A DNA stretch of 64,000 bases from a virus. A program made the position numbers and the translations under genes. Location: the IMG/VR virus record IMGVR_UViG_3300035188_001379, positions 32,001 to 96,000 of that record. One strand, written 5' to 3'. Below the pieces are notes generated by a model. The model searched no databases, had not been told where the DNA came from, and was given only the letters and a program-made list of their open reading frames with translations. How positions within the stretch are numbered: position 1 is the first letter of the stretch; the number at the start of each line of letters is the position of its first letter. This document shows positions 56,122 through 64,000 of this stretch, piece after piece.

Positions 56122-57339
56122 ATGGATTTTGAAGGATACATAAACTCAATCAAAAAAAGTTTTGGAAAGACTTTTAAGACAGAAGCTGTAAACCTGGAAT
56201 TAAACACTGTCGACAAGGAGCTTCCTCCTACCGGCATTGTTCTGAACAACCCTTTGATGGAGTATGCATTTGACCGTCGCTTTATGGCGTACGGTCGATG
56301 CTACCTCGTCTACGGGAAGAAAGGTTGCTCTAAAACAACTCTTCTGTTCGACCTAGCCAAGGTGTTTCAAAAAGCTGGTGGAAAGTTCTTCTGGATCGAG
56401 ACCGAGAACGCGCCCGACTTCAGGTATATGGAGTTGCAGGGTGTGGACCCTAAGGGCGTGATATATCACAATCCAAAGAGCATTGAAGAGGCTCTCACAT
56501 TGTGTAAGCTCACGATCGAGAATTACGCTAAATACAGCGACGGTAAAACACCTATTCTTGTTGCATTAGACTCGATTGCTGGCGGTGCTACAGATTACGA
56601 AAGAGACCAGGATGTAATCGGTCAAGCTAAGCCTGGTGAGCATGCCAAACTGATGGCTGCATTCTACAGACACATTATTCCATACCTCGAATGTGAGAAT
56701 ATGGTGTTTGTAGCCACCAATCAGTTGCGTGAGCAGATCGGAGGTATGACAGGATTTGGTGCAGAAAAACCTGAAGCTTTGCTTGGTGGTGAGGCACAAA
56801 GGTTTAACAGCACCTACCAGTTCAAGGTTGCTAGAATCAAAGACAACCTTTCCGAAGATCATATGGGGGTAAAACGCAAAAGTGGCTCTACCCATAGCCT
56901 TGTTGTAAAAAGGAATAAGCTAGGTCGTGAGGGTAACAGTCAAAAGATTGAGTTCGATATCCATATTAAAGGAGGAATAGACTGGTACAGTCCTCTTGTT
57001 AGAAAATTGGGTGAAGAGTACCCCTCTATCATAACCAAGACTGGTGGATGGTATACCTGGGACGTTCCAGGTAGTGAGTTCATAATAAGAGCTGACGGAC
57101 AGGAGACCGTCGGAGTAATAGACTCTAGCAAAAAGTTCAGAGAGTCTGAACTTGGATACATGTTGATGCACAGTCCTGCGGCTCAAGAGACAATCCGTGA
57201 AGCGTTCGCTATCCCTGATATGCCTCCTCCAGAAATAGAGGAAGAAATCCAAAAAACAAATAAAACAAAGCGCAAGCGTAAGAGTGAGCTTGAGCTTGAT
57301 GATCCCCAAGAACAATACACTACAGAAGACAATGAGTAA
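56122..57339 (+). CDS. recA: RecA/UvsX-like recombinase
   Basis: GKKGCSKTT, ETEN, LDSIAG, NQLRE, GGEAQRF, KRNK, GGWY. Confidence 0.9.
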   Translation: MDFEGYINSIKKSFGKTFKTEAVNLELNTVDKELPPTGIVLNNPLMEYAFDRRFMAYGRCYLVYGKKGCSKTTLLFDLAKVFQKAGGKFFWIETENAPDFRYMELQGVDPKGVIYHNPKSIEEALTLCKLTIENYAKYSDGKTPILVALDSIAGGATDYERDQDVIGQAKPGEHAKLMAAFYRHIIPYLECENMVFVATNQLREQIGGMTGFGAEKPEALLGGEAQRFNSTYQFKVARIKDNLSEDHMGVKRKSGSTHSLVVKRNKLGREGNSQKIEFDIHIKGGIDWYSPLVRKLGEEYPSIITKTGGWYTWDVPGSEFIIRADGQETVGVIDSSKKFRESELGYMLMHSPAAQETIREAFAIPDMPPPEIEEEIQKTNKTKRKRKSELELDDPQEQYTTEDNE

Positions 57340-57823
57340 CACAGACAATCAACCGCTATACATGTGGGTCATGGATGAGGCCACAGGGGCCGTCACCAAG
57401 ACAGAACTAGCCTCTGACAGAACCTGGACCTGGGTACCCAAACCCAGACCCAGTAAGGCAAAGTGCTCTCCAAAAAACGGAGTCTCGATCCAAGCTATTG
57501 CAGATGCCGGACATAAAGTACGTGTAAGGCATCTTCGGTGGGCCTATTATCTGGGCATTGGAGAAAGAACCCGTAATATGCGTAATACTGGAAAAGATTA
57601 CGCAAACAGGGCTATTGTCGTACCCTCCTCGTTCAGAAGAGATCCTCTCTATCTACTGCTGCCCAAGGGTGGGTATACACACATCACGATTAAAACTAAA
57701 GACAACAACTATGTTTGTCTCAGTAGTGAGTGCGCTATCAATGATCCGTTCTGCTATACTACAGGTGTAGAAAAAGCGCTTGAACGCCTCACCGATGATG
57801 AGCTAAGATATTTAGGAATTTGA
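57332..57823 (+). CDS. Hypothetical protein
   Basis: ATG 57332 overlaps RecA end. Confidence 0.6.
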   Translation: MSNTDNQPLYMWVMDEATGAVTKTELASDRTWTWVPKPRPSKAKCSPKNGVSIQAIADAGHKVRVRHLRWAYYLGIGERTRNMRNTGKDYANRAIVVPSSFRRDPLYLLLPKGGYTHITIKTKDNNYVCLSSECAINDPFCYTTGVEKALERLTDDELRYLGI

Positions 57824-58011
57824 TGAGTACAAATTACCAAGCCACGCTATCAGAGATAGAAAAGTTAATCTCTAAAATGGATCTTCCCACATACAGGAAG
57901 TCTGTGAAACATAATGACGATGCCAGATGGTTGAAAAACAATCTGAAAATTAAGAATGCTTCACACAAAAACTATACAAAAGTTATCGAACTTTTGAGTA
58001 GCGTGGTCTAG
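57823..58011 (+). CDS. Small hypothetical protein
   Basis: 62 aa, coupled. Confidence 0.6.
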   Translation: MSTNYQATLSEIEKLISKMDLPTYRKSVKHNDDARWLKNNLKIKNASHKNYTKVIELLSSVV

Positions 58012-58022
58012 TAGAGGATTAG

Positions 58023-58059
58023 GCTTGCCACTGAGCGTTTTTCAGTGGCAAGCTTTCTT
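58023..58059 (+). terminator. Intrinsic terminator
   Basis: GCTTGCCACTGA/TCAGTGGCAAGC followed by TTTCTT. Confidence 0.85.
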
Positions 58060-58060
58060 C

Positions 58061-58597
58061 ATGATATTCATAGGTTTTGACAATGGAGTTACTAGCAATG
58101 GTATAGGAGTTATACACTCCTCAGGAGAGCATAGGCTGTTCAAGCTACCTATCAAAAAAGAAGCAAGCTACACCAAGGAAGAGAAGTTTATCCACAGGAT
58201 AGATTTCGACGCCTTGGTTGTTTTGTTTAAAGACATACAAAAAAACTTTTATGCTGGAGAAGATGTACTCGTAGGTCTCGAGCGACCTATGGTGAACAGC
58301 AGAAGATTCAATGCTTCTTTAAGTGCAATACGCGCACTAGAAGCTACGTTAATTGCGATAGAGACACTGGGATTCAGTAAGCTCTATATTGATTCAAAAG
58401 AATGGCAGAGTAGCCTTCTGCCAGGTGTAAAGGGCTCTGACGAGCTAAAAAAGGCTAGTTTCGAGCTAGGTAAAAAATTATTTCCTACATTGAACATCAA
58501 AAAAGACGCTGACGGGCTTCTTATCGCCGAGTATCTAAGGCGCAAAGAAGCGGAACAAAAGGAATCACATGCAATTAGACTTTCTGACATGCTATGA
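58061..58597 (+). CDS. ruvC: RuvC-like Holliday junction resolvase
   Basis: IGFDNG, LERP, WQ, DADGLLIA. Confidence 0.85.
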   Translation: MIFIGFDNGVTSNGIGVIHSSGEHRLFKLPIKKEASYTKEEKFIHRIDFDALVVLFKDIQKNFYAGEDVLVGLERPMVNSRRFNASLSAIRALEATLIAIETLGFSKLYIDSKEWQSSLLPGVKGSDELKKASFELGKKLFPTLNIKKDADGLLIAEYLRRKEAEQKESHAIRLSDML

Positions 58598-59324
58598 AAA
58601 AGACACACTAGATCCTAAAGAGCCTAGTCAACTTGAATTTTTGGGAGAAGATTTAAAGCCGATAAAGCCTCACAGGCTTCCCAAAAATCATCAGGTAGAA
58701 AAGTTCTTTCTAGATCTCAACTACGGTAGCGTTCCAGAGTATAAAGAGTATTGGCGCAGTATTACTCCTGAAAACGATACAGAAGTATTCCAACGATGGC
58801 TATTTGCCTTCATGAGCGTACACACTTCTTGGCAAAGTAATGTGCGTGGCTATGAGGCGATTAAAGATTGGTGGACATGGATTAACAGGTGGGGCGATCT
58901 CCATGCGGCTATAGATAATAGTCGTGTAGGTATGCAAAATAACCGCGTTAGATACATTACAGCGTTTACAGAAAAGTTCTGGAAAAACCCATCGCTATAC
59001 AGAAAAGGTCAAAACGAGTCATGGGTAGAGTTTAGAGATCGTTTAAAGGACATTACACTAGGGTTAGGTCCGGCAAAAACGAGTTTTGCTATAGAATTGT
59101 GCTATCCTAACACAGCTAAAGTAGTCTGCCTAGACACACACATGTTTCAGGCGTATGGCTTGAATCAAACAAAAGATGCTCGCCAGTATGCTGAGCTAGA
59201 ACAGAGATGGATAGATATGTGTAATATGTGGGCTGTCCCGCCATATATTGCTAGATGCCTCTATTGGGACGTGAAGCAAGGCTACTCTTCAAGTAGCTAT
59301 TGGAGTAAAGTATTTGAAAAATAA
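58569..59324 (+). CDS. HhH-GPD-like DNA glycosylase/lyase
   Basis: GLGPAKTSF...VCLDTH. Confidence 0.65.
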   Translation: MQLDFLTCYEKDTLDPKEPSQLEFLGEDLKPIKPHRLPKNHQVEKFFLDLNYGSVPEYKEYWRSITPENDTEVFQRWLFAFMSVHTSWQSNVRGYEAIKDWWTWINRWGDLHAAIDNSRVGMQNNRVRYITAFTEKFWKNPSLYRKGQNESWVEFRDRLKDITLGLGPAKTSFAIELCYPNTAKVVCLDTHMFQAYGLNQTKDARQYAELEQRWIDMCNMWAVPPYIARCLYWDVKQGYSSSSYWSKVFEK

Positions 59325-59337
59325 CAACAACACTATT

Positions 59338-59649
59338 ATGAGCGAAACACAAGAGAATCAAATCAAGAGAGTGCTTGCAGAAATGGTTGCAAGTGGAGAA
59401 GTGAAGACCACGCAAGTAAATGGCGAAACCCACTATTATCTTGCTGAGGATAGCTTGGCCTCGACTCCCACAAATGAACTACAAGAATTGATCGACGACC
59501 AGGAAGTGATCAAAATCTTTAGAGAAGGAGACATAGGCTTTCCTGCTAAATACAGTCCTCCCGCAGACCTGAAAAGCTATAAAGCCTCACTCAGTAAATT
59601 CGACACTAGGAGAAGCGAGTTAATCCGTAGATTTAAGGCTTTACTGTGA
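59338..59649 (+). CDS. Hypothetical protein
   Basis: ATG 59338. Confidence 0.6.
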   Translation: MSETQENQIKRVLAEMVASGEVKTTQVNGETHYYLAEDSLASTPTNELQELIDDQEVIKIFREGDIGFPAKYSPPADLKSYKASLSKFDTRRSELIRRFKALL

Positions 59650-59674
59650 TGAAAATTTGTAAAATAATTTTGTC

Positions 59675-59902
59675 ATGGATCAGCCTGACTGGAACGAAGA
59701 ACACGACGCAGAGCATCAGCATCTAGAAATTCAGAAGCTTTTCAAACTCATGGAGGCTAAAGCAAAAAACGCCATGAATTACCTAATACTTGAAGGCTTT
59801 GTAGCTCCTACTAAAACACAAGGAGTCTATGAATATACACCAGAAGGCTTGGTGCTGTTACAGCAACACTACAAAAAACTAAAAGACGAAGGATCAATAT
59901 GA
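59675..59902 (+). CDS. Small winged-helix-like hypothetical protein
   Basis: LILEGFV...VYEYTPEG. Confidence 0.5.
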   Translation: MDQPDWNEEHDAEHQHLEIQKLFKLMEAKAKNAMNYLILEGFVAPTKTQGVYEYTPEGLVLLQQHYKKLKDEGSI

Positions 59903-60108
59903 GTACATCAGCTAAAGAACTGCGAAATGCAGCATTGCATCTAGCAACAACCCAGTTACAGGCGCGATTCGAGCACCTCGCACAGGCGGTCACTAGCAGT
60001 GGTGATCCTAACGCTTACATTGAATTCGTGCTTGAGTACTATCCTACGACAGAGAATATCATCGCTGAGGCTGAAAAATACACTAAGTTTGTGGATGCTG
60101 TAGAATAG
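59899..60108 (+). CDS. Small conserved hypothetical protein
   Basis: YPTTENIIAEAEKYTKFV. Confidence 0.6.
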   Translation: MSTSAKELRNAALHLATTQLQARFEHLAQAVTSSGDPNAYIEFVLEYYPTTENIIAEAEKYTKFVDAVE

Positions 60109-60120
60109 TTGTTGCTGTGT

Positions 60121-60152
60121 GCCCTGCATGTAGGCTAATCTATATGCAGGGC
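60121..60152 (+). other. 13-bp hairpin before tRNA cluster
   Basis: GCCCTGCATGTAG/CTATATGCAGGGC, no U tract. Confidence 0.7.
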
Positions 60153-60157
60153 GATAA

Positions 60158-60232
60158 GCCAGCATAGCTCAGCGGTAGAGCACCGGTTTTGTAAACCGTA
60201 GGTCCTCGGTTCGAATCCGAGTGTTGGCTCCA
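60158..60232 (+). tRNA. tRNA-Thr(UGU)
   Basis: Cloverleaf, loop TT-TGT-AA, TTCGAAT, CCA. Confidence 0.93.
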
Positions 60233-60236
60233 TTTA

Positions 60237-60311
60237 CGTGACGTAGCCTAGAGGCCAGGCACTTGCCTTGGGAGCAAGATCACGTGAGTTCGATTCTCAC
60301 CGTCACGACCA
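60237..60311 (+). tRNA. tRNA-Pro(UGG)
   Basis: CGTGACG/CGTCACG, CTTGC-CTTGGGA-GCAAG, CCA. Confidence 0.93.
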
Positions 60312-60325
60312 ATTTGCAACAAATA

Positions 60326-60424
60326 AACTCTGTAGTTCAGTGGTAGACCATCGCTCCCTCAAGGTTAAGGGCCAAAAAGCTGGGAATAAAGCGAGTGCCG
60401 TTGGTTCGATTCCAACCAGAGTTT
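60326..60424 (+). tRNA. tRNA-like gene with 34-nt anticodon loop, no encoded CCA
   Basis: AACTCTG/CAGAGTT acceptor, D loop AGTGGTA, TCGCT/AGCGA stem, GTTGG-TTCGATT-CCAAC. Confidence 0.7.
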
Positions 60425-60537
60425 TTTGTTGCAACTACAATAAAAAGAAGAGATACTTCATAAAGCTGATCTGCCATGTGTAGACACAGTAAAAGCCTCG
60501 TTATGCGGGGCCTGCTTTGTTCTTTAACATCTTAAAT

Positions 60538-60611
60538 CGCGGGATAGTGAAGTGGTAAAACGACAGTCTCATAAGCTGTAGTCCTAGGTTCGATTCCTAG
60601 TCCCGCAACCA
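60538..60611 (+). tRNA. tRNA with CAU anticodon (Met; C1xA72)
   Basis: Loop CT-CAT-AA, TTCGATT, CCA. Confidence 0.88.
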
Positions 60612-60643
60612 ATTTTTCAGCAACCGCGAACCCTCCGGTAGTA

Positions 60644-60878
60644 GGTTAACAGGTAATATGGAAAGCTTACTTGATGTAAATCCTGCTGAAAAGCGACACC
60701 TGCCGTACAGTGCGATCACAGTGCGCTTGGCCCGGACGCGGGCGACTGAGTGGTGTGACAGCTGGAGAGACAGCAAAGCTTGCTATGCGATTAATAGTAA
60801 GTTAACCCCTGAGCGACACCTGCGAACTTGCGATGCTGCATTTCAAGGCTAAAGTGGTGTGACACTGGGAGAGACTAG
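60644..60878 (+). ncRNA. Candidate structured ncRNA with two copies of a motif
   Basis: GCGACACCTGC...AGTGGTGTGACA-stem-GAGAGA-stem at 60693-60774 and 60813-60878. Confidence 0.55.
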
Positions 60879-60887
60879 GTAATTTTG

Positions 60888-60961
60888 GCGGGTGTAGCAT
60901 AGTGGTAATGCTCTAGTCTTCCAAACTAGCTATGAGGGTTCGATTCCCTCCATCCGCTCCA
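60888..60961 (+). tRNA. tRNA-Gly(UCC)
   Basis: CTAGT-CTTCCAA-ACTAG, CCA. Confidence 0.95.
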
Positions 60962-60966
60962 ATCAT

Positions 60967-61053
60967 GTAGGAACGCCGGAGTTGGAGAGCCGGAGTGGAC
61001 TGTAAATCCATTGCCTTCGGGCTGACAGGGTTCGAATCCCTGGTCCTACACCA
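60967..61053 (+). tRNA. tRNA-Tyr(GUA)
   Basis: GTGGA-CTGTAAA-TCCAT, long variable arm, CCA. Confidence 0.92.
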
Positions 61054-61061
61054 CTTCAAGC

Positions 61062-61301
61062 ATGAAACAAAAAAAGAAAAAAAGCGAAGTAACCCTAGCG
61101 CACACAGGAGACAAGTCCGTTGTCTACGATGTAGATATTGACGCTGGTAAATTTTTAGTGATATACTATACAGCTTTAGACGAATGCGAAGTATACTGGA
61201 AAAACGGTACTGTAAGTCTAGCAGCTCACACAGAAGAGTATCGTAAAGCTGTGCAAGCTGTAGACAAGCTATACTCAAAAAATTCTTATGGACATTATTA
61301 A
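61062..61301 (+). CDS. Hypothetical protein within tRNA cluster
   Basis: 79 aa. Confidence 0.55.
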   Translation: MKQKKKKSEVTLAHTGDKSVVYDVDIDAGKFLVIYYTALDECEVYWKNGTVSLAAHTEEYRKAVQAVDKLYSKNSYGHY

Positions 61302-61587
61302 ACCTGCAAAGCCCATCATTGAAATTAATGAGCCTTCCAGAGTGACTGGAAACATTAGAGTTATTCCAAAACCTGGTAAGTTTTATTATATTGATTATAA
61401 GGATGCTGAAGAACCAGAAGGAAGCTATTTTGGACTAGCTCGCTGTGTGGGTGTCTATGAAAGAAATGTAGAGGGAGAACAAATCTACCCTCCGCTATAT
61501 GAGTTCATGCATACAACAAAAGAAGGAGATCAAACACTGAGTTTGTTTTACGCTTCAGAAGTAGTCATGGAAGCAAAGACCCATTAG
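61288..61587 (+). CDS. Hypothetical protein within tRNA cluster
   Basis: 99 aa. Confidence 0.6.
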   Translation: MDIIKPAKPIIEINEPSRVTGNIRVIPKPGKFYYIDYKDAEEPEGSYFGLARCVGVYERNVEGEQIYPPLYEFMHTTKEGDQTLSLFYASEVVMEAKTH

Positions 61588-61592
61588 ACCAT

Positions 61593-61666
61593 TGGCTCAT
61601 GGTGTAATGGTAACACAGCAGATTTTGAATCTGTTATTCTAGGTTCGAGTCCTGGTGAGCCAACCA
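61593..61666 (+). tRNA. tRNA-Gln(UUG)
   Basis: TGGCTCA/TGAGCCA, loop TT-TTG-AA, CCA. Confidence 0.93.
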
Positions 61667-61672
61667 TTAACA

Positions 61673-61747
61673 GGGCAGTTAGCTCAGCGGTAGAGCGGCT
61701 CGTTTACACCGAGTTGGTCGGGGGTTCGATTCCCTCACTGCCCACCA
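61673..61747 (+). tRNA. tRNA-Val(UAC)
   Basis: GGGCAGT/ACTGCCC, loop TT-TAC-AC, CCA. Confidence 0.95.
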
Positions 61748-61756
61748 CATTAACCC

Positions 61757-61783
61757 AGCAACCATAACTTGGTTGCTTTTTTT
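61757..61783 (+). terminator. Intrinsic terminator after tRNA cluster
   Basis: AGCAACCA/TGGTTGCT followed by T run. Confidence 0.85.
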
Positions 61784-61791
61784 ATTGCGTT

Positions 61792-62010
61792 ATGGACAAC
61801 ATCGTACAAATTGAACCTGCTGTAGAAGAGTTGATTCAGAATAATATCCAGCTCAGATACACAGTAGAAAAACTCGAGAAAAAACTTGAAGTATTCAAGG
61901 CAATGACTAAAGAATTGCTTGAGTGTTCAGTGGCTAGCTCAGACCCTCTAAAAGAAACCAGGTACATCTGCGCTAGCTGTTTTCTTGAACCAGAACTAAA
62001 AGACATATGA
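61792..62010 (+). CDS. Small coiled-coil protein
   Basis: 72 aa, C-terminal CASC. Confidence 0.55.
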   Translation: MDNIVQIEPAVEELIQNNIQLRYTVEKLEKKLEVFKAMTKELLECSVASSDPLKETRYICASCFLEPELKDI

Positions 62011-62246
62011 CTGACGAAGAAAAGAAAAAATATATGGAGCAAATTCAAGACGTTCTTCTTGACTTGCAGCTAGAGGGTAAAATTCATATCGAAGAAATCA
62101 CTGAAGAAGCTGGTGATAACGGAGAGCAAATTACTACAATCAGGATTCAGCCAGTGCTGAAAACCCAAGAAGAAGTTGAAGAGTTCTTGCAGAGGGTAAA
62201 GGCTCTTGGTTACATGAGCGATGAAGAGCATAATTCTGAAGAGTAA
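62007..62246 (+). CDS. Small acidic protein
   Basis: 79 aa. Confidence 0.55.
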   Translation: MTDEEKKKYMEQIQDVLLDLQLEGKIHIEEITEEAGDNGEQITTIRIQPVLKTQEEVEEFLQRVKALGYMSDEEHNSEE

Positions 62247-62248
62247 TC

Positions 62249-62740
62249 ATGGCTGAGGAGCTGTACATGGTAGAGTTCAAGCTACCGCAGTTTGACTGGA
62301 CGCACTGGGCAGTGTGTGCGTCTATTGCAGATGCAGAGCAGGCTCTTATCAGACGCAGAAGAGAGCTGACGGACCCTAGCGACAAATATGTGCAGTTTAG
62401 GATAGTTAGGCACGAAGTTATAGAGAGTGATGTTGCAGGTCCTATAGATATAGAGCGCTGCGCTCAAGGGCACAGCTTTACAAAGCTTCCTAGCCATCCT
62501 AAAAATCAAGGGGTAGCCGAATGCCCCTATTGCCTTAGCGTGGCTAGTATCGCTCTAAAAGACGCGCTCGAGGCACAGACACATCAGGTACAGCTCCTTT
62601 CTAGCCTACTCAACAGTACACAAGAAAAGCTATCAAGGCTTGCTAGCATAGTTTTAAAGTTTTTACACACAGCAGACAAAACTATGTCTAGTGAGGCTTT
62701 TGCCGAATATGAAAAATACAGAGAAGACACAAAACAATAG
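62249..62740 (+). CDS. Hypothetical protein; N-terminus family A-like, CPYC
   Basis: WTHWAVCASIADAEQA...FRIVRHE. Confidence 0.6.
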   Translation: MAEELYMVEFKLPQFDWTHWAVCASIADAEQALIRRRRELTDPSDKYVQFRIVRHEVIESDVAGPIDIERCAQGHSFTKLPSHPKNQGVAECPYCLSVASIALKDALEAQTHQVQLLSSLLNSTQEKLSRLASIVLKFLHTADKTMSSEAFAEYEKYREDTKQ

Positions 62741-62957
62741 TGAAGAGGTAGACCATCCCAATCACTACAACCAGATCACAGGGGTCGAATGTATCGACGT
62801 TATTGAGCAGTTAAAATTAGGCTTTAACCTAGGCAATACTCTCAAGTATATCTGGCGCTGCGATGACAAAGGTAAACGCGTGCAAGATCTTAAAAAAGCC
62901 GCTTGGTACCTGCAGCGAGAAATTAACAACGCAGAGAAAACAACTGAATCACAATAG
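62709..62957 (+). CDS. DUF3310 (SaV-like) protein
   Basis: VDHPNHY...ECID...GNTLKYIWR...QDLKKAAWYL. Confidence 0.9.
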   Translation: MKNTEKTQNNSEEVDHPNHYNQITGVECIDVIEQLKLGFNLGNTLKYIWRCDDKGKRVQDLKKAAWYLQREINNAEKTTESQ

Positions 62958-62960
62958 CCT

Positions 62961-63404
62961 ATGAAAACCATTCCAGCCTTGCTCTTGCTGCTCGGAGCAC
63001 AAACACTAGACGCAGGAATTAAAGCAGAAGAGAAAACTATTCCTGGATTAAAACTACGTATTGAAGGCGAAGTGCCTCTCACAGATAACAATGGAGTGGT
63101 AATTCCTTCGCAAGTTATCAAAGCGCAGGTAGGCAAACTTGTGTCGATATACAGAACAGATTTGTTCTGCTACAAAGGACAAATCACAGAGATTGAAGAG
63201 AGCGACGAAGCTTTAAAGATATACGGAAAAATACTCAATGTTCCTGAAAGTAGATTTGGCTTTATCCTCGCTAAAGGAGGGCAATTCGCAGGAGCCGTTG
63301 TAGAAGGTAACGAAAATAACAGAGCCTATGTACTGGAGTTTAGCCCTTCACATAAAGGGTTCATCTTCATTAGAAATTCTAAATACGAAAAGCCTGAGTT
63401 ATAA
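62961..63404 (+). CDS. Putative exported protein
   Basis: Signal-peptide-like MKTIPALLLLLGAQTLDA. Confidence 0.6.
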   Translation: MKTIPALLLLLGAQTLDAGIKAEEKTIPGLKLRIEGEVPLTDNNGVVIPSQVIKAQVGKLVSIYRTDLFCYKGQITEIEESDEALKIYGKILNVPESRFGFILAKGGQFAGAVVEGNENNRAYVLEFSPSHKGFIFIRNSKYEKPEL

Positions 63405-63808
63405 TGCCTGCAAAATACGAAAACATAAATGTCACAGAAGAATTCCTAAATAAAGACCCTAACGCCTTTTTTGTATTTGGAAACAACTTACAAAACAAAG
63501 GAACAGGAGGAGCAGCTAAATTAAGACATCATCCAAGGGCAATAGGATTTCTTACTAAAAAAGCTCCAGATCATGCACCCAAGTCTTGCTACACTGTAGA
63601 GGAGTACAGCAAGATTTTCTTTAAGTTACTTGCGCAGCTAAAAGAGCACGTAATCAAAAACCCTAGCCGTAAGTTTTACGTCTCAAAACTCGGTGCAGGG
63701 CTAGCTAACAGATATATGATCTGGGAGCTATTAATCAAACACAACCTAGAAGCTGAACTAGGAGAATACGATAATGTCATATTCTGCTGGGACGAAAACG
63801 AGTCATAA
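63404..63808 (+). CDS. Macrodomain-like phage protein (DUF7831-like)
   Basis: FVFGNN...GTGGAA-x-LR...AIGF-x-TK...LGAGLA. Confidence 0.6.
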   Translation: MPAKYENINVTEEFLNKDPNAFFVFGNNLQNKGTGGAAKLRHHPRAIGFLTKKAPDHAPKSCYTVEEYSKIFFKLLAQLKEHVIKNPSRKFYVSKLGAGLANRYMIWELLIKHNLEAELGEYDNVIFCWDENES

Positions 63809-63812
63809 ACAT

Positions 63813-63938
63813 ATGCTTAAACCTATTCTAACTTTAATCGCACTAACATTATTTTTAGCCTGCTCTGCAATATATGTGCATGTGAAATTGATCAAGTACA
63901 TCGCAGGCCCAAGCTGCAGCTGCAATCAAAATAAATAG
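63813..63938 (+). CDS. 41-aa membrane peptide
   Basis: MLKPILTLIALTLFLACSAIYVHV...; below track cutoff. Confidence 0.4.
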   Translation: MLKPILTLIALTLFLACSAIYVHVKLIKYIAGPSCSCNQNK

Positions 63939-64000
63939 CCCTAACCACTAGAACTAAATTTATGGAAAAATTAGCAGTAATCGCAAAAGTATTAGAACTC

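Noticed and set aside
60351-60394. Archaeal bulge-helix-bulge intron in the tRNA-like gene
   Set aside because: Positions 32-35 do not pair to give a 3-4-3 geometry; the bulge is 5 nt
60693-60878. Tandem glycine riboswitch (GGAGAGA, two copies)
   Set aside because: Lacks the CGAAGG and CUCUCAGG elements, and no downstream CDS
60612-60880. HDV-like theta ribozyme or hammerhead after tRNA
   Set aside because: No P1/P1.1 pairing or typical L3 could be built; no CUGANGA...GAAA core
217-63136. Numerous short opposite-strand or alternate-frame ORFs (e.g. 217-678, 28421-28906, 28893-29423, 51507-51791, 56920-57348, 60268-60483, 60913-61278)
   Set aside because: They are shadows of well-supported genes or RNAs, with no motifs
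1-64000. Stop-codon reassignment
   Set aside because: Long genes are uninterrupted; TAA, TAG and TGA all end genes with tight coupling; no suppressor tRNA
1-64000. CRISPR array, integrase, transposase, inteins or group I introns
   Set aside because: No repeat-spacer pattern or diagnostic motifs; pol, helicase, RecA and TerL are of uninterrupted length

Overview
This window is part of a large lytic myovirus-type (jumbo-like) phage genome. It uses the standard code, has almost no Shine-Dalgarno sites, and shows no integrase or CRISPR. From left to right: (1) 1-20 kb: tail and baseplate module (tape-measure end, hub, gp25-like, baseplate J-like, wedge and fibre proteins) with an embedded sigma-70-type factor and five tandem Cys-rich paralogs. 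(2) 20-27 kb: a tmRNA with a 30-aa tag and a structured 3' trailer, plus minus-strand terminase large subunit and a BCS1-like AAA ATPase. (3) 27-32 kb: an operon of an AT-hook protein, a Ycf46-like AAA+ ATPase and DUF3150-, DUF1257- and DUF2997-like proteins. (4) 32-59 kb: replication, recombination and repair genes (SbcD, UvsE, SbcC, SF2 helicase, primase, DnaB-like helicase, UDG-PolA, Gp88-like, SSB, RecA, RuvC, HhH glycosylase) mixed with small paralogous ORFs. (5) 60-62 kb: seven tRNAs, one tRNA-like gene with a 34-nt anticodon loop, and a tandem structured RNA motif. The strongest candidate for a new system is at 51579-55035: a phage-encoded ubiquitin-like conjugation operon. It comprises a Ubl ending LVGG-NE, a 688-aa protein with a candidate E2-like Cys, a JAB protease and an E1/ThiF enzyme. 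All family assignments come from motif recognition by eye; no database search was run.
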